Part shown: positions 52,735-62,328 of the stretch, piece by piece
Layout of the letters: every line of letters starts with the position of its first letter
Position numbering within the stretch: position 1 is the stretch's first letter
Source: an uncultured Actinomycetota bacterium
GTDB taxonomy: Bacteria > Actinomycetota > Actinomycetes > JACCUZ01
Assembly: GCA_963723975.1 (NCBI GenBank)
Contig: CAVRTI010000006.1
Coordinates: 4,259 to 68,258 of the forward strand
Direction: 5' to 3'
Length of the DNA: 64,000 nucleotides
Notes under the pieces: model-generated
Databases searched by the model: none
What the model was told of the DNA's origin: nothing
What the model saw: the letters and a program-made list of their open reading frames with translations, nothing else
Translations under genes and position numbers: made by a program

Positions 52735-53949
52735 TCAGCTGAACACGAGCGGGTACCCCGCGGCGCGCAGCCGAGCCAGCACGTGGTCGCAGTGCTCCTC
52801 GCCGCGGGTCTCGAGCTGCAGGCGGACCTCCACCTCGTCGACCCGCAGCCGCGGGTCGGTGCGCATGTGCTCGACCTCGAGCACGCTGGCGCCGGCCTCG
52901 GCCACCTCGGCCAGCAGCTGCACCAGCGCCCCCGGCTGGTCGGAGATCCGCGCCCGGAAGGACAGGTATCGGCCGGCGACCGCCAGGCCGTGCCGGAGCA
53001 CTCGCATGAGCAGCAGCGGGTCGATGTTGCCGCCGGAGAGAACCACCGCCACCGGTGGCTCGAACGAGCGCGGGTCGTCCAGCAACGCGGCTACTCCGGC
53101 CGCCCCGGCCGGCTCGACGACGAGCTTCGCCCGCTCGAGACAGAGCAGCAGGGCTCGCGACAGCGACTCCTCGGACACCGTGACGATCTCGTCGACGAGC
53201 TCCCGCACGAGGGCGAACGGCACCGTCCCGGGGCAGCCGACCGCGATGCCGTCGGCCATCGTCGCCATGCCGTCCAGCGGAACCGGGTGGCCGGCCGCCA
53301 GCGACGCCGGGAAGGCAGCCGCACTCTCGGCCTGCACGCCGACGACGCGGACGTCCGGCCGGATCGACTTCACTGCCAGCGCGATGCCGGCGAGCAGGCC
53401 GCCGCCGCCGGTGCAGACCACCACCGTGCGTACGTCGGGTACCTGCTCGAGGATCTCGAGCCCGACGGTCCCTTGGCCCGCCACGATGTCCGGGTGGTCG
53501 AACGGGTGCACCAGGACCGCACCGGACTCCTCGGCAAAGGCCTTGGCGGCCTGCAGCGCCTCGTCGACCGAGGTCCCGTGGAACCGCACCTCCGCGCCGT
53601 ACGCCTTGGTCGCCTGCACCTTGGGGATCGGCGCGCCCTCCGGCATGAACACCGTGGAGGTGAGGCCGCGCAACGAGGCGGCGAGGGCGACACCCTGGGC
53701 GTGGTTGCCGGCGCTCGCGGCGACGACACCGTGCGCGGACTCCTCCTCGGACAGCCTCGCGATCCGGGTGTACGCCCCGCGGATCTTGAACGAGCCGGCC
53801 CGCTGCAGGTTCTCGCACTTGAGCCAGACCGGCCCGCCGACCCGTTCGGACAGCGGCCGGGACCCCTGCACCGGCGTGTCCCGGATGACCCCATCGAGCA
53901 GCGCGCGGGCGGCCTTGACGTCCTCGATCGTGACCGGCAGCGCGCGCAT
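52735..53949 (-). CDS. ilvA: Threonine ammonia-lyase (short form with one ACT-like domain)
   Basis: PLP lysine motif NLQRAGSFKIRGA, GNHAQGVA, and a C-terminal regulatory domain. Intact 404 aa. Confidence 0.93.
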   Translation of the reverse strand: MRALPVTIEDVKAARALLDGVIRDTPVQGSRPLSERVGGPVWLKCENLQRAGSFKIRGAYTRIARLSEEESAHGVVAASAGNHAQGVALAASLRGLTSTVFMPEGAPIPKVQATKAYGAEVRFHGTSVDEALQAAKAFAEESGAVLVHPFDHPDIVAGQGTVGLEILEQVPDVRTVVVCTGGGGLLAGIALAVKSIRPDVRVVGVQAESAAAFPASLAAGHPVPLDGMATMADGIAVGCPGTVPFALVRELVDEIVTVSEESLSRALLLCLERAKLVVEPAGAAGVAALLDDPRSFEPPVAVVLSGGNIDPLLLMRVLRHGLAVAGRYLSFRARISDQPGALVQLLAEVAEAGASVLEVEHMRTDPRLRVDEVEVRLQLETRGEEHCDHVLARLRAAGYPLVFS

Positions 53950-53971
53950 GGCGGTCAGTGTGCCAGCCCCG

Positions 53972-55157
53972 TCACGTGGCGGGACCGTCCAGGAAGGCGA
54001 GCACCGACGCCGTGAAGCCGTGCAGGTGGCTTCGCCCTGCGACCGGCCCGATCTCCCCGGCCGCGAAGAACCCGGCCACCCCGGCGGCGCTCAGGCCGTC
54101 TCGGACGGCGAGCACGTCGTGGTCGGCACTGCCGAACAGCGCCGCGCCCCGACCGGTGCAGGAGAACAGCAGCGCGCCGGCGACCCCGGCCGGCACCTCG
54201 TGCAGCAGCGCCTGCAGGTCGGCGTCGGCACTCTCGGCGTCACGCACCTGCAGCTGCACGGTCTGGCCCACGCCGACGACGTCTCCCACCACGAGCCCTG
54301 CCGCGTTCGGCGTCGGCCCCCACGACGCCGCGCACCAGGAAGTCGCCGAGGCCGTGCTCGTCGGCGTACTCGTCCATCGCGACGCCGAGCTGCAGCCCGC
54401 TGGACACCATCGCCTGCTCCTCCGGCGGCAGCGCCGCGAGGACCTGCTCGATCTTCTCGACAGCCGGTCGGCCCGCGAGCCCGAGCACGACGTTGCCGTC
54501 GGCTGCCGTCACCGTCATGGTCGGGCCCACCGGCCGGCAGCCCTGGCTCACCACGGTCCGGTGGGCCAGGTCGCCACCCAGCAGCAGCCCGACGGCACCG
54601 CGGTCGTGGACGACGCCGTCGACCAGCAACCGGGTCGAGCCGGGGCCGCGCAGCCCGGACGCGTTGCCGCCGCTGATCGGCAGCCCGGGCAGGACGTCGT
54701 GCGACTGCTCGACGAACGCGTCGACCGGGAACGAGTACGGGTCGACGAGCAGCACCGCTGCGCGGTCGTCCGCCCGGCTGGTCGGCATCCCGACCACCGC
54801 GATCGTCTCCGAGGTGCGCAGCACCTCGAGGTGGAACGACCGCAGGTGCACGCCCGGCAGCCGGGCCAGCCAGACACTGACCGACGACGTGAGCTCGACG
54901 CCGCGTCCGCCGCCGATCACTCCCGGCGCGCTGCAGCCCAGGACCGTCGACGCGCCGGTGAGCTCGCCGGCCCGTTCCAGCGCGGCCGCGACGTCCGCCG
55001 GCTCCGGCCCGCAGACGAAGACGAGCGCAAGGTCCGGTGTCGCGCCGCCGAGAGCAGTGAGCGCGTGGGCGGTCGCGTCCTCGGCGGCCCGGACGAGGTC
55101 GGCGTCGACCGCGATGCCGTCGCCGCAGCGGACCCGGGTACCCACCATGGCGCCCAT
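53972..55157 (-). pseudogene. FIST-N/FIST-C sensory domain protein, one frameshift in a C5 run
   Basis: MGAMVGTRVRCGDGIAVDADL...LALVFVCG...FLVRGVVG, then PTPNAAGLVVGDVVGVGQTVQLQVRD...GFFAAGEIGPVAGRSHLHGFTASVLAF after removing one base in the CCCCC run at 54317-54321. Length is 1 mod 3. Confidence 0.8.
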
Positions 55158-55214
55158 CCTCGCGCTGCGGTGCGCCCCTGGGAAACCGGTGGCACCCGAC
55201 GTACGGTCGAGGGC

Positions 55215-56615
55215 GTGACCGACCGCCCCACCGCGACCACGCTCGGAGAGCTGCGCGCCTCCGGACACCACCACCGGCCCGTCAAGACCGAGGTCCGTGA
55301 GAACCTGCTCGTCCTGCTGCGCTCCGGCCGGCCGCGGTTCGAGGGCATCGTCGGCTTCGACGAGACCGTGCTTCCGGCCCTGGAGCGGGCGCTGCTCGCG
55401 GGCCACGACGTCGTCCTGCTCGGTGAGCGCGGCCAGGGCAAGACCCGGCTGATCCGGACCCTCGTGACGCTGCTCGACGAGTGGACGCCGGTGGTCGACG
55501 GCTGCGAGATCAACGACCATCCCGAGGTGCCGGTGTGCGCGCGGTGCCGTCGGCTGCACGGCGAGCTCGGCGACGAGCTGCCCGTCGGGTGGCAGCACCG
55601 CAGCGAGCGGTACGGCGAGAAGCTGGCCACCCCCGACACGTCGGTCGGGGACCTGATCGGCGACATCGACCCGGTCAAGGTCGCCGAGGGCCGAACTCTC
55701 GGCGACCCGGAGACCGTGCACTTCGGACTCGTGCCGCGGACCAACCGCGGCATCTTCGCCATCAACGAGCTGCCCGACCTGGCGGAGCGCATCCAGGTGT
55801 CGCTGCTCAACGTGCTCGAGGAACGTGACATCCAGGTGCGTGGCTACGCCTTGCGGCTGCCGCTGGACGTGCTGCTCGTCGCGACCGCCAACCCCGAGGA
55901 CTACACGAACCGCGGCCGCATCATCACTCCGCTCAAGGACCGGTTCGGTGCCGAGATCCGCACCCACTACCCGGACCTGCTCGATGACGAGATCGCCGTC
56001 ATCCGCCAGGAGGCCGACCTCGCCGCGATCGTGCCGGACTTCCTGGTCGAGGTCGTCGCACGGTTCACCCGTCACGTGCGCGAGTCCCCCGCGGTCGACG
56101 CACGGTCCGGTGTCTCGGCCCGGTTCGGCGTAGCGGCCACCGAGACCGCCGCAGCCTCGGCCCTGCGCCGGTCGGCGCTCACCGGCGAGCAGCCGGCGGT
56201 GGCCAGGGTCTGCGACCTGCCGGCCGTGGTGCCCAGCCTGCTCGGCAAGGTGGAGTTCGAGGTCGACGAGGAGGGCCGTGAGATCGAGGTGCTCGCGCAC
56301 CTGCTGCGCAAGGCGACCGTCGAGACGTTCCGGCAGCACCTCGGCGCCTCGGACCTCAAGGCCTTGATCGAGCGCTTCGACGAGGGACTTGTGGTCGACA
56401 GCGGTGACCTGGTGCCGGGCCGGCGGCTGCTCGAACAGGTGGGACCGTTCCCGGGTCTGGCGCACGTGCTGGACCTGCTCGGCGTCGACGAGGGCGCCGA
56501 GACCCCGGAGCTGGCGGCGGCCGCGCTGGAGTTCGCCCTCGAGGGACTGTTCCTCAACCGGCGGATCAGCAAGGACGACAGCCCGACCGGCGGCATCCGC
56601 TACGGCAGCACCTAG
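55215..56615 (+). CDS. AAA+ ATPase, Mg-chelatase ChlI/BchI-like
   Basis: GTG start. Walker A LLGERGQGKTRLIR, Walker B IFAINELPDL, sensor LLVATANPEDY. Intact 466 aa. The stop directly abuts the next ATG (TAGATG). Confidence 0.85.
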   Translation: MTDRPTATTLGELRASGHHHRPVKTEVRENLLVLLRSGRPRFEGIVGFDETVLPALERALLAGHDVVLLGERGQGKTRLIRTLVTLLDEWTPVVDGCEINDHPEVPVCARCRRLHGELGDELPVGWQHRSERYGEKLATPDTSVGDLIGDIDPVKVAEGRTLGDPETVHFGLVPRTNRGIFAINELPDLAERIQVSLLNVLEERDIQVRGYALRLPLDVLLVATANPEDYTNRGRIITPLKDRFGAEIRTHYPDLLDDEIAVIRQEADLAAIVPDFLVEVVARFTRHVRESPAVDARSGVSARFGVAATETAAASALRRSALTGEQPAVARVCDLPAVVPSLLGKVEFEVDEEGREIEVLAHLLRKATVETFRQHLGASDLKALIERFDEGLVVDSGDLVPGRRLLEQVGPFPGLAHVLDLLGVDEGAETPELAAAALEFALEGLFLNRRISKDDSPTGGIRYGST

Positions 56616-58617
56616 ATGTCCCCGCGCGGATACCGGTACGGCAGCTGGCACGAGGGCCCGGACCCGCTCGCGCCGCCGTACGACGTCCGACGTGCCCTGG
56701 ACCGCCTCGGCGACGACGTGCTCGCCGGCTCGACGCCGCGGGACGCCCTGCGGCGGCTGATGCGCCGGGGCACCGGCGAGGGGCCGCGCGGTCTCGACGA
56801 GATGCTGCGCCGGATCCGCGAGCAGCGGCAGCAGATGCGCGAGCGTGGTCGCCTCGGCGGCACCCTCGAGGAGGTACGCCGGCTGCTCGACACGGCCGTC
56901 GGGCAGGAACGCGCGACCCTGTTCCCCGACCCCTCCGACGACGCACGGTTCCGCGAGGCGACGCTCGACGCGGTGCCGAGCGACCCGGCCCGCGCGGTGC
57001 GCGAGCTCGACTCCTACGACTGGCGCTCGCCGGAGGCTGCCGCGACCTTCGAGCAGATCAAGGACCTGCTCCGCCGTGAAGTGCTCGACACCCAGTTCCG
57101 CGGCATGAAGGAGGCGTTGGAAAGCGCCAAGGACCCGGCGTCTGCATCATCACTGCAGCGGGTCAAGGACATGATGGCCGACCTCAACGCGATGCTCGCC
57201 GCGGACCAGCGGGGCGAGCACACCCAGGAGCAGTTCGACCAGTTCATCGCCGAGTACGGCGACATGTTCCCGGACGACCCCGAGAACCTCGAGGAGCTGG
57301 TCGACTCGCTGGCCCGCCGGGCCGCAGCGGCCGAGCGGATGATGCGGTCGATGACGCCCCAGCAGCGCGAGGAGCTGGCCGACCTGATGGCGGGTGCGCT
57401 GGAGGACATGGATCTCGCGCGCGAGATGTCGCAGCTGAACGAGGCGCTGCGGTCCCGGCGTCCGGACCTCGACTGGCGGAGCAGGGAGCGGATGCAGGGC
57501 GAGGACCCGATGGGCGCCGGCGACTCGACCAGCGCGCTGCAGGACCTCGCCGACCTGGACGAGCTGGAGTCGACGCTGGGCCAGGACTACCCGGGGGCCA
57601 GCCTCGAGGACGTCGACGAGGAGGCGGTCCGGCGGGCACTCGGTCGTGGCGCCGCCGACGACCTGCGCGAGCTGCGCCGGCTGGAGCGCGAGCTGGAGGA
57701 GCAGGGCTACCTCAACCGGTCGGGCGACCGGCTCGACCTGACCGCCAAGGCGGTCCGGCGGCTGGGCCAGACGGCGCTGCGCCACGTGTTCGCCGACCTG
57801 CGCTCCGCGGGTCGCGGCGGCCACGACGTCCCGGACGCCGGGCAGGCCGGCGAGCTGACCGGCGCCAGCCGGCCGTGGCAGTTCGGCGACGAGCAACCGC
57901 TGGACGTGGTCCGCACCCTGACCAACGCGGTCCGGGCCGGCCGGGTGCGCCCGGGTGGCGGCTCGATGCGGCTGGCGACCGAGGACTTCGAGGTCGCCGA
58001 GACCGACCGCCGTACGTCGGCCGCGGTCGCGCCTGCTCGTCGACCTGTCGTACTCGATGGTGCTGCGGGACACCTGGGGCGCGGCGAAGTCCACCGCCCT
58101 GGCGCTGCACGCGCTGGTGAGCGGGCAGTTCCCGCAGGACGCGCTGACGATCATCGGCTTCTCCTCCTACGCCCGCACCCTGGAGGCCACCGAGCTGGCC
58201 GGGCTGGACGCCGACTACGTGCAGGGCACCAACCTGCAGCACGCGCTGATGCTGGCCGGCCGGTTCCTGGACCAGCACCCGGACGGCGAGCCGGTCGTGC
58301 TCGTGGTCACCGACGGCGAGCCCACGGCCCACCTGTTGCCCGGCGGGCGCCCGTACTTCGCCTGGCCGCCCGAGCCGGAGACCCTCGAGGCGACCGTGGT
58401 CGAGGTCGACCGGATGACCCGCCGCGGCGCCACGCTGAACGTCTTCCAGCTCGACGACGACCCGCGCCTGACGGCGTTCATGCAGGACCTCGCCCGGCGC
58501 AACGGCGGCCGGGTGCTGGTGCCCGACCCGAGCCGGCTCGGCCAGTACGTCGTCAGCGACTACCTGTCCCGCCGCACCGGCCGCACCAGCCTCAGAAGTC
58601 GCCCCGCCGCCCAGTAG
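56616..58617 (+). pseudogene. vWA-domain protein partner of the AAA+ ATPase, one +1 frameshift at the MIDAS motif
   Basis: Long acidic helical N-terminus (MSPRGYRYGSWHEGPDPLAPPYD...). ...ETDRRTSAAVA joins LLVDLSYSMVLRDTWG...NLQHAL...VVLVVTDGEPTA if one C near 58032 is removed. Length is 1 mod 3. Confidence 0.85.
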
Positions 58618-58624
58618 CCGCATC

Positions 58625-58677
58625 GAGTGGCGCGTTCGACAGCTTTCTGGCTCGCAACCTGTCGGAACGCGCCACTC
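58625..58677 (+). terminator. 18-bp hairpin 8 nt after the vWA stop
   Basis: GAGTGGCGCGTTCGACAG-N16-CTGTCGGAACGCGCCACTC (one bulged G). Confidence 0.65.
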
Positions 58678-58906
58678 AAGGGACTCGGGGGGTCGTCCGA
58701 TACACTGGACGGCAGCAGCCCACCAAGAGGCTGTCCGGAGCGCGTGTCACCAGGCGCCCGGTCCCCGCCCGCAGGGCGCCCGTCACCTTCCGCGACACCG
58801 TCGCGTGCATGAACGGTCGTTCCCTCGGGCAGGCACAGCACCAGCCCTCGCCGCGGACCCGTGATCCAAGCGTGTCGCCGGGGGCGCAGCACGAGAGGAG
58901 ACCACC

Positions 58907-58942
58907 ATGGTCGAGGACGACTTCGGTCCCTGGGACGACTAG
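58907..58942 (+). CDS. Candidate 11-codon micro-ORF (MVEDDFGPWDD)
   Basis: GAGAGGAG Shine-Dalgarno 6-7 nt upstream of the ATG. A stop is followed 18 nt later by a strong hairpin. No homology known to me. Speculative. Confidence 0.2.
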   Translation: MVEDDFGPWDD

Positions 58943-58959
58943 GAACCACCCGTTATCGC

Positions 58960-58993
58960 AACGCCCCGCCCGGCACTGCCGCGGCGGGGCGTT
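58960..58993. terminator. 11-bp GC hairpin shared by the micro-ORF unit and the convergent Pro-rich gene
   Basis: AACGCCCCGCC-N12-GGCGGGGCGTT. It ends 8 nt from the minus-strand stop at 59001. Confidence 0.6.
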
Positions 58994-59000
58994 CGACGTG

Positions 59001-59566
59001 TCAGGGCAGGACGAGCAGCTCGGGCGACATCGGCAGGGCGGGCAGGACCGGCGGTGGCGGCAGGGGCAGCGACGGTACGACGGTGGCGGTCGGCGGGGTC
59101 GGCAGCGGGACCGGCAGCAGGCTGCCCGGTGGGGTCGACGGCGACGGCGACGGCTGCGGGGACGCCGGCGCCGCGGAATGTGGCTCGCCGCCCGGCGCAG
59201 GCCGGTCCGTGGACCGGTCGGTGGCCGGCGGACGCTGTCTGGTCTGCGGCGCTCCCGGCCTTGCGGTGCCGCCCGGTGCCGGCAACGGTGGCCCCGTCCC
59301 CGGCCGAGCCGCCGGCCGAGGACGTACGGGGCGCCGCACTGGCGGCGGCGCTGCCGCCCGCGGGCTCGACCATCACGATGTCCGGGGTGCCGGGGCGCCC
59401 GGCCCGGTCCTGGCCGGCGTCGGGCCCCTCGCCGCGCAGCGCGTCACCCAGCGGCGAGGACGGTCAGGGCGACCGCGGCCACCGCTCCGCCGAGGGCGAG
59501 GGGAACGGCCACGGTGGCGGCGCGGTGCGGCCGGCGGTGCCGGGCACGGCGTCGGGAGCGGCTCAC
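59001..59566 (-). pseudogene. Membrane-anchored Pro/Ala/Gly-rich low-complexity protein, frames unclear (at least two shifts)
   Basis: GGAGG-N6-GTG start. Anchor RRARHRRPHRAATVAVPLALGGAVAAVALTVLAAG. C-terminal frame ends PSPSPSTPPGSLLPVPLPTPPTATVVPSLPLPPPPVLPALPMSPELLVLP-stop. Length is 2 mod 3. Confidence 0.4.
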
Positions 59567-59729
59567 TCGGGGCCTCCAGACCGGGGGACAGCGACTGCGA
59601 TCCGGGAAAGATACGTGGTTTGGGCGTTTTCTACCCAATCAGGGCAACCCCGGCCTCGTGCCCCGCCGCTCCCGCCGCACCGGCGGCCGGTGCGCAGCAC
59701 TGTCCTGCGGACCGGTTAGCGTCACGCGG

Positions 59730-60961
59730 GTGAGGAGCCCGGGCCACCCGTTCGCGGGCCTGCCGCGCGAGGTGGCCGTCCTGACCGCGGTGGCGTTCGC
59801 GGTCGCGGTGGGCTTCGGCGTGGTCGCCCCGGCTATCCCCGTCTACGCCCGCGAGTTCGGGGTCGGGCGGACCGCTGCGGGCGCCGTGATCTCGGCGTTC
59901 GCGTTCATGCGGCTGGTGTCAGCGCTGGGCAGCGGCCGGCTGGTCAACCGGATCGGCGAGCGGCTGGTCCTCGCGGTGGGCATCGGCATCGTCGCGGTCA
60001 GCAGCGCGCTGGCCGGCCTGGCCCAGAGCTACACCCAGCTGCTCCTGCTCAGGGGCGTGGGGGGCATCGGGTCGGCGATGTTCACCGTCTCGGCCATCTC
60101 GTTGCTGCTGCGCGTGGTCGACGCCGACCAGCGCGGCCGGGCGACCGGCATGTGGCAGTCCGGTTTCCTGATCGGCGCCATCGCGGGGCCGGCCATCGGC
60201 GGGCCGCTCACCGAGATCTCGCTGCGGGCGCCGTTCTTCGTCTACGCCGTCACGCTCGCGGTGGCCGGCAGCATCGGGCTCGGGTTCCTCAGCCGGGCGG
60301 CGCTGCACGACGTCGACGAAGACGACCCTGGCCGCGGCCACGGTCACCCTGCCGCAAGCGCTGCGCGTCTCCGGCTACCGCGCGGCCCTGACGGCCAACC
60401 TGGGCAACGGGTGGGCCCTGTTCGGCGTACGGAGCTCACTGATCCCGCTCTTCGTGACCGAGGGCATCGGGGCCTCCGGGACGTGGATAGGCATCGGGTT
60501 CTTCGTCTCGGCTGCCGCGCAGGGCGGCCTGCTGCTGTGGGCCGGCGGCGTTCGCCGACCGGGTCGGCCGACGCCCGGCGATGATCCTCGGGTCCACCGT
60601 GGCGACGATCTCGATGGCCGCGGTCGCCGTCAGCGACTCGCTGGGCGTGTACGTCGCCGCGATGGCGCTGTTCGGGGCCGGGTCGGCGTTCCTCTCGGTC
60701 GCGCCCAGCGCAGCGGTGGGTGACGTCGTGCACGGCCGAGGCGGCACCGTGATCGCCGCCTTCCAGATGTCGGCCGACCTCGGCGCGGTCGTCGGGCCGC
60801 TGGCGGCCGGTTGGCTGGCTGACGAGTACTCCTTCGGTGCGGCCTTCGGCGTCACCGCTGGCGTGCTGGCCGCCGGCCTGCTCACCTCCGTGCTGTCGAC
60901 CGAGACCCGGCAGCGCGCGGCCCCGGCGCCGGCCGACTCGGGTCAACACCCGCCCGGCTGA
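59730..60961 (+). pseudogene. MFS transporter, two +1 frameshifts as sequenced
   Basis: VRSPGHPFAGLPREVAVLTAVAFAVAVGFG...RGRATGMWQSGFLIGAIAGPAIGG...HDVDED / TLAAATVTLPQALRVSGYRAALTANLGNGWALFG...LLLWAGG / FADRVGRRPAMILGSTVATISMAAV...stop. Shifts lie near 60324 and 60550. Confidence 0.85.
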
Positions 60962-60983
60962 CCGCCCGACGGCAGCCGGCCGC

Positions 60984-62327
60984 TCAGCCCCGGAGGCCGT
61001 CCGACACCAGGACCGCGGCGGCCTCCGGGTGCTCTTCGGCCAGCAGCCCCGCCGCCGCGAGCACGTAGCGCGCGTCCACCACGGTCCGCGCGTGCTCGGG
61101 CACCGCCCACCCACCGCCGAGGTCCGAGGTGGCCGGCTCCAGCACCCGATCGGCACGAGCGGCGGTCGCGTGCCGCAGCACCCCGCCGGAGCCCACGACC
61201 AGCGACACGTCACGCAGGTCCTTGCCGCCCCTGCCGTGCCGGCGCAGCGCGACGGTGACCGCGAGCTGTGCCAGGCGCGCGTCATCGTCTCGAGCACCGT
61301 CGTCCTCCGGCAGGTACGCCGGGTCGGCCACCCGCACCTCGGCCGCCGCCCGCAGCCGCTGCGCCTGCGCCGGGTCGACCAGCCGCTCGGCCAGCGCCGC
61401 GTCGACCACCCCGCCCGCGCCCCACCGCATCCCGAGGTCTCCCTCGACGGTCCGGCTCCGCCAGAGCACCTCGACGACCTCCTTGCGCAGCACGGCGTCC
61501 TCGCCCTGCGGCGTGACCACCGAGTAGACGTCGGTCGTGGCGCCACCGACGTCCACGACCAGCACGTCGCCGACCCCCCCGACGCCGCCCGCGCCGTCGG
61601 CGAGCACCTCCACCCCGGCGAGCACGGCATCCGGCGTCGCGGCGCGCACCATCGCCGGGAAGTCGGCGCGACGGGAGAGGCCCTTGCCGCCGATGACGTG
61701 GGTGATGAAGACCTCGCGGATCGCCAGCCGGGCCGGCATCGGGTCGAGCCGGCCGATGACCGGCAGCACGTTCGACGTGGCGATCACCGGCCGGCCCGCA
61801 CCGGCAAGGACGGCGGCCACCTCCTCCCGCGCGTCGGCGTTGCCGGCCAGCACGACGGGGACCGTGAGCCGGGACCGCGCGAGGACTCCCGCGTTGTGGC
61901 GCAGGATCTCGGAGTTGCCACCGTCTGTTCCCCCGACCAGCAGCACCACGTCCGGCCGGGCGTCGAGCAGGCCGGCGAGCGCGACGTCGTCCATCGGGCC
62001 GGCCGCCACGTGCACCACTCGGGCGCCGGCCGACAGGCCCACCCGGTGCCCGGCCTCGGCCGTCACCACCCGCTCGTAGCCGACGACCGCGAGCCGCAGG
62101 CCGCCGCCCGCCGACGAGCAGGCCAGCGTCCCGACGTCCGGCCCTGCCCCGAGCTCGGCGCGGCAGGCGTCGACGCCGTCCATCACGTCGGTACCCAGAC
62201 TCGTGGGCCGGCTGGCGGTCGCCAGCAGCGCGCCACCGGCGAGGTCGACCAGCGCGGCCTTGGTGTAGGTGGAGCCGACATCGACGCAGATCACCTGGCC
62301 GCGCCCCGCGCGGCGCCGGGTCGGCAC
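60984..62327 (-). CDS. Glutamate mutase L (GlmL/MutL)-like ASKHA ATPase
   Basis: VICVDVGSTYTKAALV and VLVVDVGGATTDVYSV phosphate-binding motifs. Intact 447 aa. The start lies 2 nt after the metB stop. Confidence 0.85.
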   Translation of the reverse strand: MPTRRRAGRGQVICVDVGSTYTKAALVDLAGGALLATASRPTSLGTDVMDGVDACRAELGAGPDVGTLACSSAGGGLRLAVVGYERVVTAEAGHRVGLSAGARVVHVAAGPMDDVALAGLLDARPDVVLLVGGTDGGNSEILRHNAGVLARSRLTVPVVLAGNADAREEVAAVLAGAGRPVIATSNVLPVIGRLDPMPARLAIREVFITHVIGGKGLSRRADFPAMVRAATPDAVLAGVEVLADGAGGVGGVGDVLVVDVGGATTDVYSVVTPQGEDAVLRKEVVEVLWRSRTVEGDLGMRWGAGGVVDAALAERLVDPAQAQRLRAAAEVRVADPAYLPEDDGARDDDARLAQLAVTVALRRHGRGGKDLRDVSLVVGSGGVLRHATAARADRVLEPATSDLGGGWAVPEHARTVVDARYVLAAAGLLAEEHPEAAAVLVSDGLRG

Positions 62328-62328
62328 G

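Noticed and set aside
53958-55214. 5' 420 codons of ORF 53958..56615
   Set aside because: Antisense to the FIST gene and Arg/Pro-rich. The AAA+ ATPase begins at GTG 55215.
58625-58680. tRNA-like GTTCGA element
   Set aside because: The GTTCGA lies inside an 18-bp hairpin. There is no acceptor, D or anticodon arm geometry.
58678-58906. Known riboswitch classes (cobalamin, SAM-I/IV, TPP, glycine, guanidine, ZTP) in the structured spacer
   Set aside because: I could not find the conserved cores I remember, such as the B12 box, the GCCACTG-type element or the CTGAGA...ACCTGA of TPP. Left as unclassified.
56616-60584. Giant 1322-aa ORF in the track
   Set aside because: Not one protein. It is the vWA N-terminal part, then frame-shifted nonsense, then noncoding DNA that happens to lack stops, then the first third of the MFS transporter.
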